This document shows positions 51,521-58,991 of a stretch of 59,172 bases of DNA, piece by piece. Every line of letters starts with the position of its first letter. The stretch's first letter is position 1. This DNA comes from Patescibacteria group bacterium. GTDB lineage: Bacteria > Patescibacteriota > Minisyncoccia > Minisyncoccales > RBG-13-36-15. The translations under genes were made by a program, and so were the position numbers. The notes beneath the pieces are model-generated. The model saw only the letters and a program-made list of their open reading frames with translations. It ran no database searches and was not told the DNA's origin. Location of the stretch: assembly GCA_018609195.1 (NCBI GenBank), contig JAHCSE010000006.1, positions 1 to 59,172 of the forward strand, given 5' to 3'.

Positions 51521-51548
51521 AAAAAATCGCCTGTTTGGCGATTTTTTT
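51521..51548. terminator. Bidirectional hairpin terminator
   Basis: AATCGCC-tgttt-GGCGATT, flanked by A6 and T7. Confidence 0.7.
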
Positions 51549-51586
51549 GGGTTCGATCTATAGCTATTATCTAAGTTGTATGAAAT

Positions 51587-52516
51587 TTAAATCGGCTCCA
51601 TCGATTCGGCAATCTTGATTGCCTCAGACTCAATTACCTGCGAGGCCCCCTTAACTCTATACTGTACTCTTATTTCTGTACCACTATCTACCCAAGTAAC
51701 ATTAGACTCGAATTCACTTGTCTTGACAGCGGCTGGCTTCCCATTTATATCTATTCTCCTAGCTCCATAACTCAACGATTTCTCAAAACGTCCTTTGGGG
51801 ACTGTTTGTGTTATTCTCAGATTCCCACGTCCTTCTCCATAGAAGTAGGATATGGAATATTCGCCTATTATATCATTGACCGCTTCGAAATACTTGTCTA
51901 CTTCTCTATCTGGCAGGTAGCTAGGTTTAAAAATAGTAATGCCAAGTTCCTTTTGAGCTTGAGAAATTCCAGCCTCTGTTTTCTCTGGCAATGTTTTGGC
52001 TAAATAGGAATAAGTTAAAGAAGGTATTGCAATCATTAAGAAAACAAAAATTAGGGTAATTATTCCGATCGCCTTTCGGTTGACCCCATTTAAAATCAGA
52101 TAGAAAAGAGGAGCGTGGACTAATACAGAGCCTAAAATAGCAGCTCCACCCATAATATAGATCCCGTTTGCTATACACCCTAAACCCTCGCACGGGAGAG
52201 TATACCCAGCAATCAAACCAACAACACCTAAAAAAGAAAGAATTCGGTCAATAGGCTTGAAAAATATTCGAGCAAATTTTTCCCACTTTAAACCTAAACC
52301 AACTAAAAGACCATTTATGAGAGCAAATATTATTAAATAACGTAAAGTAAGTCCGCTTATAGACAGATAGGTACGAGCTTCACCTGTTGACTGAGGAATT
52401 ACATTGATAAATCTAAATATTCCTAGAAAATAAAATGCAATAGCTAGTATTAATAGTAACCAAATAGATACTAATAGTAGCGCGCGTTTGTTTGAGAAAA
52501 ATTGATTAGTATCCAT
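51587..52516 (-). CDS. Polytopic membrane protein with extracytoplasmic DUF4367-like C-terminal domain
   Basis: About 6 TM helices, then KPSYLPDREV...INGKPA...WVDSGTEIRV...EAIKIAESM, as seen in anti-sigma-type DUF4367 domains. Confidence 0.55.
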   Translation of the reverse strand: MDTNQFFSNKRALLLVSIWLLLILAIAFYFLGIFRFINVIPQSTGEARTYLSISGLTLRYLIIFALINGLLVGLGLKWEKFARIFFKPIDRILSFLGVVGLIAGYTLPCEGLGCIANGIYIMGGAAILGSVLVHAPLFYLILNGVNRKAIGIITLIFVFLMIAIPSLTYSYLAKTLPEKTEAGISQAQKELGITIFKPSYLPDREVDKYFEAVNDIIGEYSISYFYGEGRGNLRITQTVPKGRFEKSLSYGARRIDINGKPAAVKTSEFESNVTWVDSGTEIRVQYRVKGASQVIESEAIKIAESMEPI

Positions 52517-52721
52517 AACTAATTTAAGTATAACGCTATTTCGTTAACTGCTCAAACCTCAGCCAACTCCCTTCTCCTCTCCCAAATCTTCCTGCTCATC
52601 TCATTCCTTGAAGCTAACTCCTCCCTCGCAAACACCCTGAACCATTCCTGAACACATTGAACCCTTTTGTTGAAATTCTAAACTTCATAAATTCTTATGA
52701 TTATTATACCTTAATTTAATT

Positions 52722-52751
52722 TAAACCAAAATGCCACCCAAAACGGCGGCA
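52722..52751 (-). terminator. Intrinsic terminator of the DUF5667-like gene
   Basis: ATGCCGCC-gttttg-GGTGGCAT on the minus strand (one G:U pair), followed by TTTGGTTT. Confidence 0.55.
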
Positions 52752-52820
52752 TTTTTGGAAATTTTACATGCTAACTTTTATTTAAAGCAGTTCTTTCCCT
52801 ATTACTCCCTCTTCTTGCTC

Positions 52821-53996
52821 TCATTCCTCAGGTTCTTCCTCTTCCTCCTCTTCCATTTGCTCTTTCTGTTTCTCAGCTTCTTCCTCAAGTTGTTCTATAA
52901 CCTTCTCAACATCCTCAAGGGCATCTTCTGCCTGCTCTGCCAATTGCTTGGCTGTTTTATAATTTTCTGCAGCAAAGGCAGCTTTTGCTTGAGAAAGTAA
53001 GCTATTAAAGGTTCCAAATACCTCGGAAGGGACGGTAACACCTTCCTCCTCTGCTTCTGCTTTCACTTCCTCTAATTCTTCTTCTGCTTCTTGGATTACT
53101 TCCTCAGCTTCTTCTTTTAATTCCTTCTGCTTTTCAAGTTCTTCTATAACATCTTCCACTTGCTCAAGTGATTCCTCTGCTTGTTTGGCAAAATTTCTTG
53201 CTTCTTGGAAGTTTCCTGCTTGAAAGGCACTTTGTGCCTGTGAAAAAAGATTGTCAAACTCCGCAAAGGCATTTTCAGGAAGTTCCACCTCCTCTTCGGC
53301 AGCTTCATCTACTACTTCTTGTCTTTCTTCCTCAGCTTCTTTGATAGCTTTCTCGGCTTTGTGTTGGGCTTCCATTTCTTCTTCAATTTTCTCTTCCTCT
53401 GCCTCTAATTCCTTCTCAATATCTTCTTCTCTGAGTTCCAAAAGTTCTAATTGAGCTAAAACCTGACCGAGTTCCGCAGCTATTGCTTCTTCTTTGGCAA
53501 TATCCCCTGCTCGGTGAGCAGCTCTCAGTTGGGCTTTGAGTTCGTCTTCTTTTGCCTCTAAGGTTCTTTCTTGTTCCTTGAAAATTTGGGCAAGAGCAGA
53601 TTTTGGTCCATCAAAACTATTATCCAGTTCTTTGGCAAGACTACTCACATCTTTTCCTTTCGCTTTTTGGTCAATAACAATGGTCGCAGCTTTAGCCAGA
53701 TGTGCTTGAAGCCTTGATTGAGCAACGTCAAGACCTTTTGCTTCAACTCCTTTGGTCTCTAAAACTACCTTAATCTCGGCAATTCGTTCTGCAGCAAAAG
53801 TAATTTGGAGGTGGGCCTTACCTTCGGGATTAAAGGTGAAAAACTCTTGGAGAAATTCTCCCAAGCGGTCAAGGAAGTAAAATAGGTTGTCTGGAGTAAT
53901 ACCAGCTTTGGGTAATTTAAATTGGGCATCTTGAGCAAAAACTCCTACACCAAGAAAAAGTGACAAAACAATTGCGGCAATTATTATTTTTTTCAT
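52821..53996 (-). CDS. Secreted acidic coiled-coil protein with DUF5667-like N-domain and an internal tandem duplication
   Basis: Signal peptide MKKIIIAAIVLSLFLGVGVFA and PDNLFYFLDRLGE. Two units of about 75 aa (aa 217-290 and 300-370) share ...SQAQSAFQAGNFQEA... and ...SQAKAAFAAENYKTA.... Confidence 0.7.
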   Translation of the reverse strand: MKKIIIAAIVLSLFLGVGVFAQDAQFKLPKAGITPDNLFYFLDRLGEFLQEFFTFNPEGKAHLQITFAAERIAEIKVVLETKGVEAKGLDVAQSRLQAHLAKAATIVIDQKAKGKDVSSLAKELDNSFDGPKSALAQIFKEQERTLEAKEDELKAQLRAAHRAGDIAKEEAIAAELGQVLAQLELLELREEDIEKELEAEEEKIEEEMEAQHKAEKAIKEAEEERQEVVDEAAEEEVELPENAFAEFDNLFSQAQSAFQAGNFQEARNFAKQAEESLEQVEDVIEELEKQKELKEEAEEVIQEAEEELEEVKAEAEEEGVTVPSEVFGTFNSLLSQAKAAFAAENYKTAKQLAEQAEDALEDVEKVIEQLEEEAEKQKEQMEEEEEEEPEE

Positions 53997-54082
53997 GATT
54001 GAAATTTTTTATGAGATTTCATACTTCGACCTTTGAGCTATTATTTTATTTTATTTTTAATAAATTATCTTGCCAAATTTTG

Positions 54083-54610
54083 TTAAATCTGGAATAATCC
54101 TTGGAAAAAATCAAAAAGCCTTTGAAATAAATTAAAAGGGCGGCCCTGGCCCAAAGGGGTTTTTTCTATCACTTTCACTATCGTATTTCCTTCAACCCTA
54201 ACAATATCCCCCCTTAATTCTCCCGAAACCGAGACCGAAATAATATAAGTACCGATTTCTTTTCCTCTCACTCCCCAGGAAACCTTTTTCTCTTTTTTAC
54301 CCGGAATTATACCTATTTTTTTGACTGAATCTTTTTGAAGAAGAACTATTTCTAGAGGGAGAAAAATTTCTCCTCTGGCATTTTTAACTTTTTCTTCTCC
54401 CTTATTAACTACTTGAGCTTCTACTTTAAAAACTTTATTGATGTTCACTTCAGCTGGAGCAGAAACATTAACCTCTAAAGGATTAATAGTCACCAGGGCA
54501 GTAATAATACCAGATAGAGAAGCTAAATTCTTCCCCATATAATTCATCCCGAGAAAAAGAAAAATAAATAAAATAAAAATTATAAAAATCGGGAGTAAAA
54601 TTTTTTTCAT
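54083..54610 (-). CDS. N-terminally anchored protein with CARDB/NEW3-like beta-sandwich
   Basis: Start moved to MKKILLPIFIIFILFIFL (54610). Single TM helix followed by a beta-rich domain. Confidence 0.55.
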   Translation of the reverse strand: MKKILLPIFIIFILFIFLFLGMNYMGKNLASLSGIITALVTINPLEVNVSAPAEVNINKVFKVEAQVVNKGEEKVKNARGEIFLPLEIVLLQKDSVKKIGIIPGKKEKKVSWGVRGKEIGTYIISVSVSGELRGDIVRVEGNTIVKVIEKTPLGQGRPFNLFQRLFDFFQGLFQI

Positions 54611-54679
54611 ATACCCTTGTATATAAATAGTATTCGCAATTCGCAGTATTTGCATATCATTGATATATTCGGATTATAC

Positions 54680-55270
54680 TTATTTTCTTCTGATTCCGAC
54701 CTGAAAGGCAAAAAACTTCCGAATGATAACAATAATTATTGCTCCTATCACCATTGCTAAAACAACATAAGTCCAGGGTGCATTTACTTCAAAGAAAGAA
54801 GAAATTCTATGGGTAATGGCCTGCCAGATATTTGCTGGCACAACTGTAAAATAGGTTTTGGTGGCAGCTGCAACTCCAATAGTGGTTCCAGGGCCTGCTT
54901 TAATAATGGGATGAGCTTCTAAGTAGGCAAAATAATCTCCAGGTTTGGTCTTCACTGGCAAAATCAATTTCACTGCAACGCTTTGAGAAGCTCCTGGCTC
55001 TAAATGAAATTGCTGAGGAGTAAAACTAAACCACTCTTGGAGGGGCCTTAATTCTGGCTGATCTTGATGGTAGGTAATTTCAAGTTCATACTCTCCTGGC
55101 TCGTCTCCGGTATTAATTACTCCAATGGACGGAAAATTATAAATTCCTCCTGGTTTTAGAGGTTCGTCAATTTCGATTTTGCCAAGATTTACCCCAACCC
55201 CTACGCTGGCAAAAACCATTAAGGGGAGAATTAAAGAAATTATTAGAGAAAAAATAATAATTTTTTGCAT
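54680..55270 (-). CDS. Secreted beta-sandwich protein with C-terminal TM anchor (DUF916-like architecture)
   Basis: Start moved to MQKIIIFSLIISLILPLMVFA (55270). LEPGASQSVAVKLILPVKTKPGDYFAYLEA, and C-terminal TM helix plus RKFFAFQVGIRRK. Confidence 0.55.
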   Translation of the reverse strand: MQKIIIFSLIISLILPLMVFASVGVGVNLGKIEIDEPLKPGGIYNFPSIGVINTGDEPGEYELEITYHQDQPELRPLQEWFSFTPQQFHLEPGASQSVAVKLILPVKTKPGDYFAYLEAHPIIKAGPGTTIGVAAATKTYFTVVPANIWQAITHRISSFFEVNAPWTYVVLAMVIGAIIIVIIRKFFAFQVGIRRK

Positions 55271-55295
55271 AATTTTAAGTTTATAAATTTTATTT

Positions 55296-57152
55296 TTATG
55301 GTGCAGTAGCCACAATGGTTACGGTCGAGTTATGCTGAGCTGAAGAAGAAGTTTCAGTAGGCATGGTTATGCGTAAATATAAATTTTGAGTAGTCCCTTG
55401 AACAACATTATCTGCCAAATCAGAAAGAGTACCAGGAGTTAAAAAAGTATTCCAGACGCTGGCATCTGCTGAAAACTCCCATTTGACCTGATTTGCCCCG
55501 TTGGCTAAACCTAAAGACCAGCAATTTCCATTATCGCAAAAAACTGTGCTTTTAACGTCCAAGTTGGCAGGTCCTGTGTCTATGCTAACGGTCTCCACCC
55601 CAGAGAGAGTAGTGTCTTCAGTACTTCCTAAGGGTAAAATTCCAAATTCAACTAAGCCATTGGTGGTTAAACTAATGGAAACTGCCGGAACAAGACTTGA
55701 AAGAGCAGCCTGAGCATCAATTATTCCAAATCCAAACTCATCATCTCTCCCACCGGCCCCTTTATCCTCAGCAGTTGACTCAAGAACATTTCTTACTTGA
55801 GACGGAGATAAGTTACCATCAACTGACAAAATCAGTGCCGCCAGCCCAGCAACATGGGGCGAGGCCATCGAGGTACCCTGAAAAAAGAAAAAAGCAAAGT
55901 CTGAAGTATTAGCTCCAAAAGTTTGCTGTAAAACGCCGTCTCCAAATCCATCCTCATTTTGATCAACAGTTACATCACCACCTGGAGCAGCTATATCAAT
56001 GTATAAACCTGTATTGGAGTAGGGCGCACGATTTTCGTCATAGCGGGTTGCAGCTACCGCAATCACATGAGCATCATAGGCCGCTGGGAAATTAGGCAGG
56101 TTTTCACCCTCAAAATCATTACCTCCAGAAGCGACAATTGTGACACCACTATTGAAAGCCGTCTCCACTGCGTCTCTCATTACTTGTGCATCAAAAGTAG
56201 TGCCTAAACTCATATTGATAACATCGGCACCGTTGTTGGCTGCAAGTAAAATGCCCTCTGCAACAACACCGAGAAGCCCGCTGCCGTTGGCGTCTAGAAC
56301 CTTGATCGGCATAATAGTGGTATTAAAAGCAACACCTGCTACTCCTAAACTATTATTAGTACTTTGGGCAACAGTACCTGTAACATGAGTACCGTGACTT
56401 TCATCATCATTGGGATGATCATCACTGTTGACCAAGTCAGACCCCGGCAGTATGGAAAAAGTAGTATTGGCAAGATCCGGAGCCTGAAAATATTCATCAA
56501 TTCTTGGTCCTGGACATTTCTTCAAATTCCCAAATGGGAAACTGTAACAGCCTGCAGGGTTTGGATCGGAAAAATTCTCATAAGCCGCACCAGTATCTAA
56601 TACAGCGACCACAACGGAAACAATGCCGGTAGAAATATCCCAAGCCTCTTCCATCCTGATTCCGCCTCCGTTTGCTCCCCCAAAAGGATTGGAAGTCGCC
56701 TCACCAGGATTGTTTGTGTGGTCGTCATCAAAATGCCATTGGAAGTTATAAAACTCGTCGTTTGGGACAAAATGGGCTTGAATAAAAAAGTTTGGATGTG
56801 CATATTCAACCAAAGGATTTTTGGCAAATATCTCGGCTTTCTTATAGACATTTGAACCTTCCGGAAGGCTCAAAGTGACAAAACCGCCAAATCTGCTGGC
56901 ACGAATCTCAACCGCCCCTTGTTCTGCCTTTAACTGTTCAATCACAGATGGAGGTACATTGGGTTTAAATTTCACGATAATCTGGTCTGCCGCAAAAGCT
57001 GGCAAATCTGGTTTTGGGGTTGGCTGTCTGACTCTAAGAGATAAATCATTTTGAGCAAATCCCTGAAAAATTTGGATAGGCAAAACAAAACCGAAAATTC
57101 CACTGATAACTAAAGCCAAAATTAAAACTTTAGAAATTTTGACCATAAACAT
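55296..57152 (-). CDS. Secreted S8 (subtilisin-like) serine protease with I9-like propeptide and a C-terminal beta domain
   Basis: Catalytic triad VAVLDTGA, HGTHVTGT and GTSMASPHVAG. Propeptide IIVKFKPNV. The probable start ATG 57152 overlaps the hicA stop (TAATG). The listed start is 57167. Confidence 0.9.
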   Translation of the reverse strand: MFMVKISKVLILALVISGIFGFVLPIQIFQGFAQNDLSLRVRQPTPKPDLPAFAADQIIVKFKPNVPPSVIEQLKAEQGAVEIRASRFGGFVTLSLPEGSNVYKKAEIFAKNPLVEYAHPNFFIQAHFVPNDEFYNFQWHFDDDHTNNPGEATSNPFGGANGGGIRMEEAWDISTGIVSVVVAVLDTGAAYENFSDPNPAGCYSFPFGNLKKCPGPRIDEYFQAPDLANTTFSILPGSDLVNSDDHPNDDESHGTHVTGTVAQSTNNSLGVAGVAFNTTIMPIKVLDANGSGLLGVVAEGILLAANNGADVINMSLGTTFDAQVMRDAVETAFNSGVTIVASGGNDFEGENLPNFPAAYDAHVIAVAATRYDENRAPYSNTGLYIDIAAPGGDVTVDQNEDGFGDGVLQQTFGANTSDFAFFFFQGTSMASPHVAGLAALILSVDGNLSPSQVRNVLESTAEDKGAGGRDDEFGFGIIDAQAALSSLVPAVSISLTTNGLVEFGILPLGSTEDTTLSGVETVSIDTGPANLDVKSTVFCDNGNCWSLGLANGANQVKWEFSADASVWNTFLTPGTLSDLADNVVQGTTQNLYLRITMPTETSSSAQHNSTVTIVATAP

Positions 57153-57370
57153 TACAAAATTTCCCAAAATTTCTGTTTAGATATCTTTAAATCTTTTAAG
57201 ATTTGATTAAAGAGGGCGGGGCCAATTTCTTTCCCTTTATGGATAGGTACTGTAATTCTTCTTCCATCTGGGTGCCGCAGAATCAGATGAGAACCTTTTT
57301 GACGAGAAAAATAAAAGCCCAAATTTTGAGCTACTTTAGTAACTTCTTTAGCTTTCGGTAATTTGGGCAT
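57152..57370 (-). CDS. hicA: HicA-family mRNA interferase toxin
   Basis: 72 aa, GSHLILRHPDGRRITVPIHKGKEIGPALFNQILKDL. Confidence 0.85.
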   Translation of the reverse strand: MPKLPKAKEVTKVAQNLGFYFSRQKGSHLILRHPDGRRITVPIHKGKEIGPALFNQILKDLKISKQKFWEIL

Positions 57371-57373
57371 AAA

Positions 57374-57625
57374 TTAAACCTTAACCTTTACCTCAATCGA
57401 AGAAAGACTGATGGGCTTCAAAACTGGGATTTTCTCTTTATGCAAAATTCTATCCTCAATATGAAGTGTAATGACCTCCCGAATATTTCTTAAAGCTTCT
57501 TCTAAACTTCTACCTTGAGTGTAACAACCTGGTAAAGCAGGAACCGAAGCAAAAAAATATCCTTTTTCATCTTTTTCAATAATTGCTGGAAATTGATAAA
57601 TTTTTGTAATTTTTTTCTTTTTCAT
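57374..57625 (-). CDS. hicB: HicB-family antitoxin (UPF0150 domain)
   Basis: YQFPAIIEKDEKGYFFASVPALPGCYTQGRSLEEALRNIREVI. Confidence 0.85.
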   Translation of the reverse strand: MKKKKITKIYQFPAIIEKDEKGYFFASVPALPGCYTQGRSLEEALRNIREVITLHIEDRILHKEKIPVLKPISLSSIEVKVKV

Positions 57626-57633
57626 ACAATTTT

Positions 57634-57661
57634 ATCTTATCTTTTTGAATAAAAATGTCAA
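57634..57661 (-). promoter_or_regulatory. hicBA promoter placing the transcription start at or next to the hicB ATG
   Basis: TTGACA, 16-nt spacer, TAAGAT, with only 8 nt between the -10 element and the ATG and no SD. The palindrome AGCAAAATTTTGCT lies upstream. Confidence 0.5.
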
Positions 57662-57720
57662 CTTTTTATATTCCGCCAATAACGAAAATCAATAGCAAAA
57701 TTTTGCTGATTTTAAGCATA

Positions 57721-57861
57721 CCCCGTAGAAGAATTTTGACCAATTACAATTAATTTGCTGCCCCGCCCCGTAGTAGAATTTTATCTGGAGCGAAGCTCTT
57801 TTACCCATAATGATGAAATTTCACTACGGGGCCCCGCAGCAGTCAAAATTTCTCTACGGGG
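57721..57861. mobile_element. CCCCGTAG-type hairpin element (outer copy, flanked by CATA/CATA) carrying a nested second copy
   Basis: Outer arms CCCCGTAGAAGAATTTTGAC and GTCAAAATTTCTCTACGGGG. Direct repeat at 57717-20 and 57862-65. Confidence 0.65.
57766..57831. mobile_element. Nested inner CCCCGTAG-type element, 66 bp, flanked by CCCCG/CCCCG
   Basis: Arms CCCCGTAGTAGAATTTTATC and GATGAAATTTCACTACGGGG. 5-bp direct repeat at 57761-65 and 57832-36. Confidence 0.6.
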
Positions 57862-57899
57862 CATAACAAAATTTCTTTACTACCAAAAATTCCGCGTTT

Positions 57900-57938
57900 G
57901 CCTCGCAGGAAAGCAAAACCTTCCTGCGAGGCTTTTTT
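57900..57938 (+). terminator. Strong hairpin with T-run oriented for the plus strand, with no plus-strand gene upstream
   Basis: 12-bp stem GCCTCGCAGGAA/TTCCTGCGAGGC followed by TTTTTT. It is followed at 57952-57991 by two smaller hairpins, ccgcc-aga-ggcgg and atcagcc-ttg-ggctgat. Confidence 0.5.
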
Positions 57939-57998
57939 GCGATTGCAGTTTCCGCCAGAGGCGGATCAGCCTTGGGCTGATAAGAATTCTTGAGGTGA

Positions 57999-58496
57999 TT
58001 ACAACGTTGCCTGAACAACCACATTAACTGACTGCTGAGTAAAGTCAGTGGCTGAAGGCGGAGTAGTAATCTTCAAATCAAAGGCCTGTGAGTTACCTGC
58101 GAGCACTCCGCTGGCAAGGACCTGGTTATCGAGAGTCAGCGCCGTACCCAATGTGAAAAAAGCATCCTTGCTGAATTCGTGCTTGTAATTGGTAGCACCA
58201 CTCGCCGTACCTGCCAATGTCCAACTACCCGGGGAAGAGGTTGTACCCCTGATATTGAGGGTCTCGGTTACATTCCCATCATTGGTCGCTGTCTGAGCGT
58301 CAACAGGGCTAAGAGTGTCTTTACTACTCCCCGCAGCTATTGTCCCATATTCAACCGTTCCATCAATTACAGAAACTGAAATATTTTGTACAGTAACTGT
58401 TGCACCAACGGTTGCTGTATCTGCTGCCTGCGTTCCTGCTCCTACTGCTAAACCAGCCAATCCTAAAACTAAAATTGAAGATATTAAACTTTTCAT
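57999..58496 (-). CDS. Secreted beta-rich protein homologous to the C-terminal domain of the S8 protease
   Basis: Signal peptide MKSLISSILVLGLAGLAVGAG. Blocks shared with the protease tail: G.VE.G, SWTL vs CWSL, EFSKDA vs EFSADA, and L.IT.P...V.V.A. Confidence 0.65.
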   Translation of the reverse strand: MKSLISSILVLGLAGLAVGAGTQAADTATVGATVTVQNISVSVIDGTVEYGTIAAGSSKDTLSPVDAQTATNDGNVTETLNIRGTTSSPGSWTLAGTASGATNYKHEFSKDAFFTLGTALTLDNQVLASGVLAGNSQAFDLKITTPPSATDFTQQSVNVVVQATL

Positions 58497-58543
58497 AATT
58501 TACTCTTTACTTTTGTTAATTATTTATCTATGGCTCGACCTTT

Positions 58544-58620
58544 CCCCGTAGTAGAAATTCGACAAGTGTTTTATTTTGTAAAACACTTATGCTGAAAGCA
58601 GTCGAATTTTCACTACGGGG
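58544..58620. mobile_element. CCCCGTAG-type hairpin element, 77 bp
   Basis: Arms CCCCGTAGTAGAAATTCGAC and GTCGAATTTTCACTACGGGG, inner palindrome AAGTGTTTTA-tttt-GTAAAACACTT, and TTT on both flanks. Confidence 0.65.
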
Positions 58621-58621
58621 T

Positions 58622-58906
58622 TTATTTCAACCATGGTTTATCGGGATAATTTTTAAAAATATATTCGTATTTATCAATTCTCTCACCTGTTCTTTCATCA
58701 AAAAGCGGGGTCCCTCCAATATAAACTGTATCTTTAGGATCCCCGTATTGATTTAAATCGTTCTCGAGAATCCAGGTCTCAATGAGTTGTCTTTCCTCAG
58801 GAAAAATCCCACCTCCTTGTTCCTTTCCTTGTTTCAAAATACCGAATCCTATTATTAAAATCAAGATTATCAGCCCAAGAACGATTATTATCTTCCTCGC
58901 TACCAT
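58622..58906 (-). CDS. Small N-terminally anchored protein
   Basis: MVARKIIIVLGLIILILIIGFGIL TM helix. TTGACG, 16-nt spacer, TATAGT promoter-like element just upstream. Confidence 0.5.
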   Translation of the reverse strand: MVARKIIIVLGLIILILIIGFGILKQGKEQGGGIFPEERQLIETWILENDLNQYGDPKDTVYIGGTPLFDERTGERIDKYEYIFKNYPDKPWLK

Positions 58907-58963
58907 ATTCCATACTATACCCCTCCTTACAATTCCGTCAAATCAGGCCTTTAAACTTTCCAA

Positions 58964-58991
58964 TAAAAAAAGCGACAACGAGTGTGCCGCT
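58964..58991 (-). terminator. Intrinsic terminator of the 3'-partial upstream gene
   Basis: AGCGGCA/TGTCGCT stem (one G:U pair), followed on the minus strand by TTTTTT. Confidence 0.6.

Noticed and set aside
52731-53454. Plus-strand ORFs 52731..53000 and 53251..53454.
   Set aside because: They are antisense shadows of the Glu/Ala-rich coiled-coil gene. Their translations are low-complexity Leu/Phe/Ser.
57755-58027. ORF 57755..58027 (+).
   Set aside because: It runs through the nested hairpin elements and the terminator hairpins, with no SD.
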